Shown: positions 10,359 through 19,967 of the stretch, one piece after another | How the letters are laid out: every line of letters begins with the position of its first letter | Numbering within the stretch: position 1 is the first letter of the stretch | DNA from: Desulfurococcales archaeon | Lineage (GTDB): Archaea; Thermoproteota; Thermoprotei_A; Sulfolobales; Desulfurococcaceae | Length of the DNA: 64,000 nt | Direction: 5' to 3' | Assembly (NCBI GenBank): GCA_027022365.1 | Contig: JALVYU010000031.1 | Span: 288,001-352,000 of the forward strand | Made by a program: the position numbers and the translations under genes | The notes under the pieces: generated by a model | What the model was told of the DNA's origin: nothing | The model's input: only the letters and a program-made list of their open reading frames with translations | Database searches by the model: none

Positions 10359-10894
10359 GTCTCAAGAAGCTCCTCAAACCCTTCAAGCTGATCAGCATTG
10401 CGCGCAGGAGCGGAGTGGTCACCGTACTCTATCCCTACCAGAAGTCATTGATAACCACCGAGTTCCGTGGGAAGATAAGCATCGACGCCACAAAGTGTAT
10501 GGGCTGTGGCGCATGCGTAAATGCCTGTCCACCGAACGCACTAACTCTATCACGAAGAGATGACACAATCATACTAAACTATTTCATAGGAAGATGTATT
10601 TTCTGCGGACGCTGTGCAGAGGTATGTCCCGTCGGAGCAATAACGGTTACACACGAATTCGAGCTGGCATCAACAAGTACTAGGGATCTGAACGAGAGCC
10701 TCGTTCACCGTATTGAGAGGTGCAGTGGTTGCGGCGGAGGACTAGGGGCTACGAGCAGGATGCTACAATACGTGATCCTGCATAGCCCGGCCTCCGAGAA
10801 CTACGTACACCTATGTCCCGACTGCAGGAAGAAGAAGCTCATACAATCCCTGGCAATGAAGATGGGTGCGAGGACTGAAGACTATGAGGGTTGA
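10355..10894 (+). CDS. hycF: HycF/NuoI-like Fe-S subunit
   Basis: TVLYPY...FRGK, CMGCGACVNACP, CIFCGRCAEVCP and an extra CSGC...CPDC. Confidence 0.88.
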   Translation: MSLKKLLKPFKLISIARRSGVVTVLYPYQKSLITTEFRGKISIDATKCMGCGACVNACPPNALTLSRRDDTIILNYFIGRCIFCGRCAEVCPVGAITVTHEFELASTSTRDLNESLVHRIERCSGCGGGLGATSRMLQYVILHSPASENYVHLCPDCRKKKLIQSLAMKMGARTEDYEG

Positions 10895-11357
10895 CCCGCT
10901 CAAGAAGAGCATATGGGTTTTCCACCTGAACACTGGTAGCTGTAACGCCTGCGACATAGAAATACTCGATGCACTAACACCATATTTTGACGTTGAGAGG
11001 TTCGGGATAAAGCTCGTCGCCTCCCCACGGCACGCGGACCTAGTACTCCTTACTGGGCCGATAACTAGGAAGACTCTCCCTAAAGTGATCAATGCTCTGC
11101 GCGCTGTTCCCCGTCCACGCTATGTCTTAGCCATAGGGGCGTGTGCCGTAGGCGGGGGAATATGGTATGATACCTACAGCGTGATAGGCGGTGTTGAGGA
11201 GCTGAAGAAGATACTCGAGGAGAACGGGATCGAGATAGATAGGATAGTCTATGTACCCGGATGCCCTGCCAGGCCTGAGGCGATAATATATGGTGTGGCA
11301 GTACTCCTCGGCCTCGTCGAGCAGAAAGTTCACGGGGAGGTGAAGATCGCTGAGTAA
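10884..11357 (+). CDS. hycG: Hydrogenase small subunit (HycG/NuoB); ORF open from 10866
   Basis: GSCNACDIE, SPRHAD, IGACAVGGG, VPGCPARP. Confidence 0.92.
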   Translation: MRVDPLKKSIWVFHLNTGSCNACDIEILDALTPYFDVERFGIKLVASPRHADLVLLTGPITRKTLPKVINALRAVPRPRYVLAIGACAVGGGIWYDTYSVIGGVEELKKILEENGIEIDRIVYVPGCPARPEAIIYGVAVLLGLVEQKVHGEVKIAE

Positions 11358-11610
11358 AGTCAAGATATACCTCTGCACTTACCATGACGAGAAACCAGAG
11401 CTTTCGGCAAGACATTTCATATCGTCGATAGGGCACTGCTACCACGTTGCCGATGCAGAGCTCGCGGAGCTAGGCCTCGATGAGAAAACATTAGAGAAGC
11501 TTAGGCTCCGCGGCGAGGTAAACCTCTACGAAAACAAATACTTCGAGAAAATACTGGGTCGGCCACATGAGGACCTTGAATATCTGAAGATCAGGCTCGC
11601 GGAGGGCTGA
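11350..11610 (+). CDS. 86-aa protein missed by the ORF track (CTG start); possibly HycH-like accessory factor
   Basis: Open frame (L)SKVKIYLCTYHDEKPELSARHFISSIGHCYHVAD...YLKIRLAEG* exactly fills the gap between hycG and mnhF and follows a GGGGAGGTGA SD. Confidence 0.75.
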   Translation: MSKVKIYLCTYHDEKPELSARHFISSIGHCYHVADAELAELGLDEKTLEKLRLRGEVNLYENKYFEKILGRPHEDLEYLKIRLAEG

Positions 11611-11617
11611 AAGGATC

Positions 11618-11905
11618 GTGATATCCCTTCACGACGAGGTAACCCTGTTCATCATGATTGTGTTTCCGTTATACCTACTTGCCTTCACGCTCTACATCAT
11701 AAGAGCTGTCCGGGGACCCACTATACCTGATACTGTCCTCGCGATAGATGCGCTGAGCTTTGATATAGCGGCATTCCTAGCACTACTAGCAATAATATAC
11801 CAGTCTCCAATCCTGATCGCCTGCACGATAGTCTTGGCTCTCTGGGTCTACGCCCTCGACATCTATGTATCCAAGTACTTCACAGCCGAGGAGATGGGTG
11901 ATTAG
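11618..11905 (+). CDS. mnhF: Mrp/Mnh antiporter subunit F
   Basis: RAVRGPTIPDTVLAID motif, 3 TM helices. Confidence 0.9.
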   Translation: MISLHDEVTLFIMIVFPLYLLAFTLYIIRAVRGPTIPDTVLAIDALSFDIAAFLALLAIIYQSPILIACTIVLALWVYALDIYVSKYFTAEEMGD

Positions 11906-11907
11906 AC

Positions 11908-12288
11908 ATGTTACTCAACGCCCTGCTCATATTTATCGGTGAGGCCCTAGTAGCGATAGGGGTATTCTGCGACCTAGCCGCCAGCATAGGCATGATAAGA
12001 TTCCCGAACTTCTATACCAGGCTCCACGCGGCCACGGTAGGCACGATAGGCGGAGCGGTTGTCCCGCTGATCGGCGTAGCGCTCATGGCTCTAGGCGCAG
12101 ACTGGCTCGGCAACTACAGGTTCTTCTTGGCGGGTGCTAGTATTGTCGCAGGGATATTGATCCTCCTCCTAGCCCCCGTGGGCTCCCACGTACTTGCACA
12201 GGCCGCCCATAAGGCTGGGCTGGCTTCCCATGAACCTATTGCTTTCGATCACCTCGAGGAGGATCGTAGGAGGGGTGAGAAGGAGTGA
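11908..12288 (+). CDS. mnhG: Mrp/Mnh antiporter subunit G
   Basis: GMIRFPNFYTRLHAAT, APVGSHVLAQAA. Confidence 0.92.
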   Translation: MLLNALLIFIGEALVAIGVFCDLAASIGMIRFPNFYTRLHAATVGTIGGAVVPLIGVALMALGADWLGNYRFFLAGASIVAGILILLLAPVGSHVLAQAAHKAGLASHEPIAFDHLEEDRRRGEKE

Positions 12289-12542
12289 TCGAGGTATTCA
12301 CTCTAGCCTTCCTGATGCTGGTAAGCGTGGCGAGCGTTGTAGCCGCTTATCTAGCGATACGTGAACGGGACATGGTTAAAGCCATCGTGTACTCCGCAAT
12401 ACAGAGCGCCATGTATGCCCTGATCTTCTATGTCCTTATGGCGCCCGACATAGTGCTGGTCTACATACCCGTCTCTGTAGGGATAACCCCGGCTGTACTG
12501 CTCTTTGTAACGAAGAAGACCGAGAGATATGATGGTGATTAG
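12285..12542 (+). CDS. MnhB-related small subunit (MbhD/DUF4040-like)
   Basis: RDMVKAI...LMAPDIVL, position in the operon. Confidence 0.8.
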   Translation: MIEVFTLAFLMLVSVASVVAAYLAIRERDMVKAIVYSAIQSAMYALIFYVLMAPDIVLVYIPVSVGITPAVLLFVTKKTERYDGD

Positions 12543-12544
12543 CT

Positions 12545-13342
12545 ATGAAGGCCAGCGAATTATTCGTGCTGGTATCGATAATAGTGTTCATATTCAGCCT
12601 GGCCTACATCACAAGCCTTGGGGGCCTGGGCCAGCTACCCCCAGTAAATGTTAGATTGCTTGCTCAACGCTACCTTGAGCTCACATGGAATCCGCTCAAA
12701 CCATTCATGAGTAGCAGCGGCTACGAGAGCGTAACGGCTATTGTATGGGATTTCCGCGGCCTAGACACTTTCTTCGAAACAGCTGTGTTCTACGGCGCGA
12801 TCATAGCCGCCATAGCGATCTATAGGGGAGTCAAGATAACCGGTAAGGGGAGAACAACCGGTATGAGCCCGATAGCAAGGACGATCACGAGGCTCAGCAT
12901 AATACTGATACCAACGGTTGCGGCCAGCATAGCGCTTCACGGACACCTTACCCCGGGCGGAGGCTTCCAAGCAGGTAGCGTCGCGACAGTAGTCGTGGTG
13001 CTTATCATTATGGTCTTCGGAAGGAAAGCCCTGATCCGGAAGGGGATGACGAAGGCCCGAATACTGCTGTTCAGGAGCCTCGGCCTCCTGGGAATAGGTT
13101 TCACCGCAGTAGCGATACTACTGGCAGGCATCATCCTAGGTCTAAACGCCTATATATTCCAGAACCAGCCAAAACCATTCGCGCCGCTCGGATTCCCCAA
13201 GCTATACGACGGCATGATACTCGGTGGAAGCCTGCTCCTCTTCAACCTCTTCGAGTTCATAGCAGTAACCGCTGGCTTCACGCTTGTACTCCTACTGCTT
13301 AGCCTTGGAGAAGAAGAAGTGAGGGGTGTGGTGGAGAAGTGA
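12545..13342 (+). CDS. mnhB: Mrp/Mnh antiporter subunit B
   Basis: VTAIVWDFRGLDTFFE, HGHLTPGGGFQAG. Confidence 0.92.
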   Translation: MKASELFVLVSIIVFIFSLAYITSLGGLGQLPPVNVRLLAQRYLELTWNPLKPFMSSSGYESVTAIVWDFRGLDTFFETAVFYGAIIAAIAIYRGVKITGKGRTTGMSPIARTITRLSIILIPTVAASIALHGHLTPGGGFQAGSVATVVVVLIIMVFGRKALIRKGMTKARILLFRSLGLLGIGFTAVAILLAGIILGLNAYIFQNQPKPFAPLGFPKLYDGMILGGSLLLFNLFEFIAVTAGFTLVLLLLSLGEEEVRGVVEK

Positions 13343-13728
13343 ACCTGTCGCTAATGACTGCCTATGTGGTCGTTATAAGCCTCTACGTGAACCTAGGCAT
13401 AGCTCTCTATGGCGTATTCGCCAGGCCGAGCCTGGTCAAGAAGCTACTGGCCATAACGATCCTCAGCGACACCGCCAACGCTTTCGCCGTACTGGTCGGC
13501 TATCGGTGGCCTGCATCGGGGACGCCTAAACCGCCCGTATATACTAACACGACGTTCAATAACCAGACACTCCACTACTATGTCAGCCACGCCGTGGATC
13601 CTCTCCCGCAAGCCCTTGTGCTTACCGCTATTGTGATAGGCTTGGCTGTCACTATGTTCATAGCCTTCATCATAATCCAGTACTATAGGCTTCACGGAAC
13701 AGTGGATGTCCGTAAAGCCCGGAGGTGA
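13339..13728 (+). CDS. mnhC: Mrp/Mnh antiporter subunit C
   Basis: DPLPQALVLTAIVIG. Confidence 0.93.
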   Translation: MNLSLMTAYVVVISLYVNLGIALYGVFARPSLVKKLLAITILSDTANAFAVLVGYRWPASGTPKPPVYTNTTFNNQTLHYYVSHAVDPLPQALVLTAIVIGLAVTMFIAFIIIQYYRLHGTVDVRKARR

Positions 13729-14237
13729 TCGTGGTGAACCTGAAGTCGGCGATACCCGCCATGATATTGTCGTTCATAGTATACATAGTCTACACGGGAA
13801 GCATCGACCCCTATGACCTATTAACAGGGGCAATAGTAGCAGTAATAATCGGGCTCCTTACAGGAGAGATCGTTATTAAGGATCCTGGGAAGGCCTTTGA
13901 CCCTAAGAGGCTCTACTGGCTGATCAAGTACACGATATGGTACTTCCTAGTAGCGGAGGTGAAGGCCCACGTCGACGTGATTAAGAGGGCTCTAAGCCCG
14001 AGAATCCCGCTCAACCCCGCGATCGTACGCGTCCCATATTATGTTGAGACGGACTACGCAATGACAACAATCGCGAACAGCATAACCAATACCCCGGGCA
14101 CCGTCGTCGTGGACATAGACTATGGCCGCAAAATATTCTACGTACACTGGATAGACGCTAAGACAAGCGATCCGGGGGAAGCCCGGAAGATGATCAGCCT
14201 CGATTTCGAAGAGCATGCAAGGAAGATATTCGATTAG
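13725..14237 (+). CDS. mnhE: Mrp/Mnh antiporter subunit E
   Basis: PAIVRVP...ANSITNTPGTVVVD. Confidence 0.92.
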   Translation: MIVVNLKSAIPAMILSFIVYIVYTGSIDPYDLLTGAIVAVIIGLLTGEIVIKDPGKAFDPKRLYWLIKYTIWYFLVAEVKAHVDVIKRALSPRIPLNPAIVRVPYYVETDYAMTTIANSITNTPGTVVVDIDYGRKIFYVHWIDAKTSDPGEARKMISLDFEEHARKIFD

Positions 14238-14255
14238 ACCGTGAGGTGTTAGAAA

Positions 14256-15917
14256 ATGATGATCTATACACCGCTCGGAATAGTCCCCCTAATGCTCACG
14301 TTCGCGGCTTTCGCCATACCCTTACTAACACTAATTATTAAGAAGGAGTGGTTCTATCACCTGTACGCCCTGGTCTTCAGCATCATAGCCCTCTGCTATA
14401 CTGCCGAGAACTTCTGGCTAGTAGTATACGGTGTCAAGCAGCCAGTATCCTATTTGTTCGGTGGATGGATTGCGCCTCTAGGCATAGTATATACGGTCGA
14501 CGGCCTTGGCGCTGTTCTCGGCCTCCTAGTAGGCATTGACATGGTGCTAATAGTACTGTACAGCATATGGTACATGAGGGGAGAGGAGGGCATAGAATGG
14601 TATTATACCCTCCTACTCCTGCTCGAGTCGGCCATGATAGGGATCGTGTATACGGGCGACATATTCAACCTCTTCGTAATGATCGAGCTCCTAGCAATAA
14701 GCGCCTACGGCCTTGTGGGGTTTTATAGGCACAAGAAGGAAGCCATAGAGGCGGCGATAAAGTATGCATTAATAGGAGCCACAGCGACAACTATGTTCTT
14801 CCTATCAATAGTCTATATCTATGGGACTTACGGCACCGTCAACATGGCGGATCTAGCGCTTAAGGCGAGGCTACCGTGGATAACACGGTATATACCGCAG
14901 GCGGCCGCATATTTTGCTCATCTCAGCGGAACAGGCTACGGGAACCCGATAGTGGCAACAGCTATAGCAATAGCGCTAGCACTATGGGCCTTCACGTTTA
15001 AAGCAGCAGTGTTCCCCAACTATTTCTGGCTCCCGGACGCCCACCCCGAGGCCCCTACCCCGGTGTCCGCGGCTCTCTCGGGGCTAGTGGTGAAGATGGG
15101 TGCGTATGCTACTATAAGGCTTCTTTACACGATCTTCGGTGTCGGGTCACTGATAGATGCATCAGCTGCTGGCGGCTGGAGCCTCCGCGATGTAATACTC
15201 TTCATCATATTGTTACTGGGCGCTGTATCGGCAATGATAGGGAGCCTGGTAATGATCATCCAGAACGATATCAAGAGAATCCTAGCTTACTCGACAATAG
15301 ATCATCTTGGAATAATATTCATGGGAATAGGCGTAGCCATGCATAGTGTGAGTCAAGCAGTGGTAGCCATAGCCCTGACGGGAGTGGTACTCCACATGAT
15401 AAACCATAGCTTCGGCAAAACAATGCTCTTCATGGCGAGCGGAATATACATCAAGAACAGCGGTACGAGAGACATAACGAGAATGAGGGGTATTGGCAGG
15501 CTATTGCCGGTGACGAGCCTGGTCATGATAATCGGGCTGCTACACTTACTAGGAGTTCCTCCCTTCGGAGGATTCTTCAGCAAGCTCCTAATATATAATG
15601 CCCTGATAGGGGCTGGGCAAGTAGTCTTCGCGCTAATACTCATCCTATCAACGGCGATAAGCATGCTGGGATATATGAGGATAATAGTTAACTTGATCCT
15701 GCCTCCGAGGCCTCCGGAACTAATTGGGAAGGCGAGGGAGAGCATACCTGCCACGACAATACTCTGCGTATTAGCGGCTATCATAATAATCATAGGCATC
15801 TATTGCCTTACAGGAGGGATAAACACCCTACAGTCAATAATAGAGCCTTCAACAACGCTTAAGGGACTAGTTCAATACATAGATTCTACATTCTCTACAT
15901 ACATGCTTCCAAGATAA
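14256..15917 (+). CDS. mnhD: Mrp/Mnh antiporter subunit D
   Basis: GDIFNLFVMIE, FWLPDAHPEAPTPVSA, DIKRILAYST, GVPPFGGFFSK. Confidence 0.92.
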   Translation: MMIYTPLGIVPLMLTFAAFAIPLLTLIIKKEWFYHLYALVFSIIALCYTAENFWLVVYGVKQPVSYLFGGWIAPLGIVYTVDGLGAVLGLLVGIDMVLIVLYSIWYMRGEEGIEWYYTLLLLLESAMIGIVYTGDIFNLFVMIELLAISAYGLVGFYRHKKEAIEAAIKYALIGATATTMFFLSIVYIYGTYGTVNMADLALKARLPWITRYIPQAAAYFAHLSGTGYGNPIVATAIAIALALWAFTFKAAVFPNYFWLPDAHPEAPTPVSAALSGLVVKMGAYATIRLLYTIFGVGSLIDASAAGGWSLRDVILFIILLLGAVSAMIGSLVMIIQNDIKRILAYSTIDHLGIIFMGIGVAMHSVSQAVVAIALTGVVLHMINHSFGKTMLFMASGIYIKNSGTRDITRMRGIGRLLPVTSLVMIIGLLHLLGVPPFGGFFSKLLIYNALIGAGQVVFALILILSTAISMLGYMRIIVNLILPPRPPELIGKARESIPATTILCVLAAIIIIIGIYCLTGGINTLQSIIEPSTTLKGLVQYIDSTFSTYMLPR

Positions 15918-16056
15918 ACTGTCCTTTTAACCGGGATGATCGTTTAAACCTTGCTGGCGATAATCTGTACCCGTTGCCCTTATTTTCCGTAGCCACATAA
16001 TTTACAGTGTAATAATTAATCCCACAGGATTACCACGGATACATCCTGGTGGTAAG

Positions 16057-17352
16057 ATGGGTGAGGAACCCCGCGGTATATCTTCTCTCAAAGCTCTTGT
16101 CTACGGCGCTGGCACCCTCATGGGCGTTGGCAGCAGTATGATCGTATCATGGCTAATGTACTACTACTGCCCCCCGCCAGAGGCTGGGCTTATCGCGCTA
16201 GCACCCGTTTTCGCGATGGGAGTAGTTATATTGTTTGGAAGATTCATAGACGCTATAAGCGACCCTATTATCGGGTGGTGGAGCGACCGAACGGTAACCC
16301 GTTGGGGACGGAGAAGGCCCTTCATATTCTTCGGTTTCTTGGCGATGTTGTTCAGCCAGATATTGATCTGGATCCCCCTTGTGCACCAGGTATCATTAAT
16401 CAATGTTCTATACGCAGCGGTTATGGATGGTATATTCTGGTTCGGATATACTGCCGCTATAAATCCATACCTAGCCCTTATACCAGAGATCGCTAGAAAC
16501 CCTAATGATAGAGTTAAACTCACCACATTCCAAGCCTTCTTCAGCCAGATAAGCCTCGTGATAGGCGGTGTGATAGTACCCCTATTACTTGCGGCTATAG
16601 GATTCATTAGCACAGCAGTTGTTCTGGGGGCTATAGGATTCGCCGTGATGCTACCCCTCCTCATAGTGATTAAGGAGAAGCCGCCGGAAGATAAGAAGAT
16701 AGCTACGGGTATGGGAATCTACCGTGCTCTCCTACTAACGTTCAAGAACAGGACATTCCTCCTCTACTTGATCCCTACAGCCATACTATTCCTGAGCGCC
16801 ACGATGATCCAGATGGAGATACCCTACGCAGTCAATGTATTGGCCGGGCTCAACAAGAAGGATGTCTCGCTCTTCTACCTACCACTAATAATCACAGCGA
16901 TCATATCACTTCCTTTCTACAAGAAGCTCGCCTCGAAATATGGTAAGAAAAAACTATACCTGATGGCCATGACATGCTTCATGATACCAGCCTTCCTCAC
17001 AGCATTCATAGGAATAATACCCGTTAGCCCGCGCATAATGATCATAGGCCTCGGAGCGCTGGCAGGAGTATTCGTAGCGCCGCTCTACATTTTCCCCAAC
17101 GCGATCATAGCGGACATAACTGATATAGATGAGCAGATGACGGGATACAGGAGAGAAGCAATTTACTTCGGATCACAGGGACTGATCACAAAAACAATGG
17201 CGGGGCTAGCCGGGGTACTAACAGGGACACTAATGTGGAAACTAGGATACAGTCCAGGCAACGACCTCGGAATAAGAGCATCATTCATACTAGCAGCACT
17301 AGTACTAATAATAGCCGCACTAATATTCAGAAAGTATCCTATCGAAAAATAA
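16057..17352 (+). CDS. MFS transporter, GPH/MelB-type sugar-cation symporter
   Basis: DAISDPIIGWWSDRTVTRWGRRRPF, ADITDIDEQMTGYRREAIYFG. Confidence 0.9.
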   Translation: MGEEPRGISSLKALVYGAGTLMGVGSSMIVSWLMYYYCPPPEAGLIALAPVFAMGVVILFGRFIDAISDPIIGWWSDRTVTRWGRRRPFIFFGFLAMLFSQILIWIPLVHQVSLINVLYAAVMDGIFWFGYTAAINPYLALIPEIARNPNDRVKLTTFQAFFSQISLVIGGVIVPLLLAAIGFISTAVVLGAIGFAVMLPLLIVIKEKPPEDKKIATGMGIYRALLLTFKNRTFLLYLIPTAILFLSATMIQMEIPYAVNVLAGLNKKDVSLFYLPLIITAIISLPFYKKLASKYGKKKLYLMAMTCFMIPAFLTAFIGIIPVSPRIMIIGLGALAGVFVAPLYIFPNAIIADITDIDEQMTGYRREAIYFGSQGLITKTMAGLAGVLTGTLMWKLGYSPGNDLGIRASFILAALVLIIAALIFRKYPIEK

Positions 17353-17713
17353 CGTCTCATCGAAATCGCTGGTATAGCCACACAAGTTTTTAAAAACAAT
17401 TAGCACTCGTCCAGGGGTAAAAGGGAGACTAAGGGAGAGGCGAGATAAAACATAATCTATAGGACAACTACCAGGAGAGCCGGGCTTTAGAATAAAGTAA
17501 TAATGCATTATACATAGCGCCTGCTGAGGAAAAGACCTACCCTTATTTTGCTCCGGAGGAGAAGCAAGCGAGAAACCGCTAAAGGACTCGGTGTAAAGAC
17601 AGTTCATATTGACCATAAGGAAAATAATTAGTGTTCATCAACAAATGTGTTCCGACAATACAGCGTCACGGAAGTGTCATTGAAAAACTATCTAGTGATC
17701 CGCCAGTGGTGCT

Positions 17714-18901
17714 ATGGAAATGCGTTTTCAAGAGCTCCCCGTCAGTGCCCGTAGATACATATTGTATCACGCTCTTGTCTCACCGGTTCTTATTACCTGG
17801 TATTTGTTACCATATTATCTGTTGTTGACCGGGTATAGTGTCCTAGAGGTAGGCGCTATATTTACGGCGGTAAATGTTCTAAGTGTTCCTCTAACTCTTT
17901 GGCTCGGCAAGAAGTTCCAAAGCATTGATATTAGGAAGGGATTAGCGACTATCGACGTGCTTGAATCCATGTCGAATGTAGCATACGGCTTTGCCTACGG
18001 TCCCATAGCGCCCTTAATGATCGTTCTTGGCGGGCTTACCGAGAAAGCTAGCGGCACCTTATATTTTCTATACCCGGCCTACGAGAGGATAATATATCCC
18101 GAGGACAGGATGAAGGAAGCACTGTCTATTCATTTGAGGATACCAGAGCTAACAATAATTCTCACATATCCCGTCATAGGGTTCATGCTCGGCTACGTAT
18201 GGTCTTCCCCAGCCTCAATAAGGTACTCTTTTCTCATGTTCGCCGCATACCAGTTTGCACTAGTACCCTATATATTATGGTTCTTTAGACCCGTAAAGAT
18301 ATCCCGCGAAGAGGAAGACAGCCCTAACACCTCTAAGCCTTCCTTAGGCCGTCTACCCAGAAAGTACTTGGCTTACATCATAGCCGATGTACTGTTTATT
18401 CTGGCTTGGCTACTCGCACCCAATCTAGCTCTCGTGTATTATGTCCTCAAATGGCTGCATGGAAACATATTCCATGTAGCATTGATTGAGGCCAGTATAT
18501 CTACAGCTACAATTATCGGTACCTTCATAGTTGATAGGCTAGCAAGAGACAAGCCCGGGCGATACTTGGCAGCGGGAACACTCATAACAGTAGCAGGTTT
18601 AGGGATGGCCGTAGCAACCAGTATATTTCCAATCATACTGCTTGCCTTCTTCATAGTTAGGCTGGGGGATAGTATCGTGTTTGTCTACAAGCGGTTATGG
18701 CTATACAGCATAATGAGTAGAGGAGAAGCATCCATAGCATCCGCATTGATCTCGAGCATAAGGCGGACAATATCATTGTTCTCTCCCGGCCTAGCATCCC
18801 TACTTTCAACATTGAATCCCCGTGCACCATACATCGCGTGCTTGACACTGTTACTCGTGACTATACCAGTGTATCTATCATTTCTGGCAAAGAAAAAATA
18901 G
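17714..18901 (+). CDS. MFS transporter
   Basis: About 12 hydrophobic segments in two halves with a central hydrophilic loop. Confidence 0.75.
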   Translation: MEMRFQELPVSARRYILYHALVSPVLITWYLLPYYLLLTGYSVLEVGAIFTAVNVLSVPLTLWLGKKFQSIDIRKGLATIDVLESMSNVAYGFAYGPIAPLMIVLGGLTEKASGTLYFLYPAYERIIYPEDRMKEALSIHLRIPELTIILTYPVIGFMLGYVWSSPASIRYSFLMFAAYQFALVPYILWFFRPVKISREEEDSPNTSKPSLGRLPRKYLAYIIADVLFILAWLLAPNLALVYYVLKWLHGNIFHVALIEASISTATIIGTFIVDRLARDKPGRYLAAGTLITVAGLGMAVATSIFPIILLAFFIVRLGDSIVFVYKRLWLYSIMSRGEASIASALISSIRRTISLFSPGLASLLSTLNPRAPYIACLTLLLVTIPVYLSFLAKKK

Positions 18902-19168
18902 AGAGGCCATGAGAACCACATAATGTATCTATAATGTTCAAAACATATACCAAGGATTCTCCTAGAGAGCTGACATCGTACGAGATACAGTCATCCCCAA
19001 CGAATTTTGGACTAGACCATCATTTCTACTGAGACCCGGGAAACAGGATCACTGTTGTCTATAGTGTTAATCTAGTATTTGTTGTTCTCGCTACGTTCAT
19101 TACATGGTTATATAATAAATACATACAATACTTATATAGTGATTACAATAGCGTCAGGTGCCCGCGTC

Positions 19169-19954
19169 TTGTCCTATGAAGAAATTAGTAGATTGGCGGA
19201 TTTGATACGCTCTTATTTAAAACAATATGGCTACGATATAGACGAAGCCCCATACACTGCTAATCGAATACTCTGTATTGCTCCTCACCCTGACGATTGT
19301 GAAGTTGGAGCCGGAGGCCTGCTGGCTAAGGCATCGGATCACGGGACAGAAACCTACATCCTCGTCCTCACAGATGGGTCAATGGGCACTAGCAGGCCGG
19401 GCATAAGTAGGGATGAACTAGCGCTGAGAAGACGTAGAGAGCAGGAGGAGGCTGCGAAAGTCTTAGGGGTTAAGAAGGTTTACTGGCTAGGCTACAGGGA
19501 TGGCTTCCTCCCATATACTGATGAGGCTCGATTAAGGATAGCCACCATAATACGGCGGGTTAAACCCGATCTCGTATTGGCCCCCGATCCATGGATGATG
19601 TATGAGGCCCACCCAGATCATCGGAGAGCAGGACTACTGGTTTCAGAGGCCTTCCTCTACTCTGGCTTCCCCCTCTACGGTCCCGAGACCGGTGATCCCT
19701 GGAGCCCCCGGTATATCGCCTACTACTACACTGGCAGGCCGAACGTCTACGTTGACATAACGGGTTATCTGGAAAAGAAGCTTGAAGCCTTAAAGAAGCA
19801 TGAAAGCCAGCTAGAAGGCCTAGAACCACTTCTCAAACTCCTAGTCGTCTATGCAGAGCAAGCTGGGAAGAAAATAGGCGTCAAATACGCAGAACCACTA
19901 AAGATCCTGCCAAGAATACTCGTGCACGCCATACCCCTCGCAGAGATAATCTAA
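19169..19954 (+). CDS. PIG-L/LmbE deacetylase, diacetylchitobiose deacetylase (Dac)-like; ORF open from 19079
   Basis: CIAPHPDDC, LTDGSMGT, ELALRR, PDPWMMYEAHPDHR resemble Thermococcales Dac; TTG at 19169 follows AGGTG. Confidence 0.88.
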   Translation: MSYEEISRLADLIRSYLKQYGYDIDEAPYTANRILCIAPHPDDCEVGAGGLLAKASDHGTETYILVLTDGSMGTSRPGISRDELALRRRREQEEAAKVLGVKKVYWLGYRDGFLPYTDEARLRIATIIRRVKPDLVLAPDPWMMYEAHPDHRRAGLLVSEAFLYSGFPLYGPETGDPWSPRYIAYYYTGRPNVYVDITGYLEKKLEALKKHESQLEGLEPLLKLLVVYAEQAGKKIGVKYAEPLKILPRILVHAIPLAEII

Positions 19955-19967
19955 GAGGGCACAGGAA

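Noticed and set aside
17320-17710. 98-aa minus-strand ORF and long gap between the two MFS genes
   Set aside because: No recognisable motif or SD and it overlaps the end of the real gene; may be a decayed remnant but unsupported
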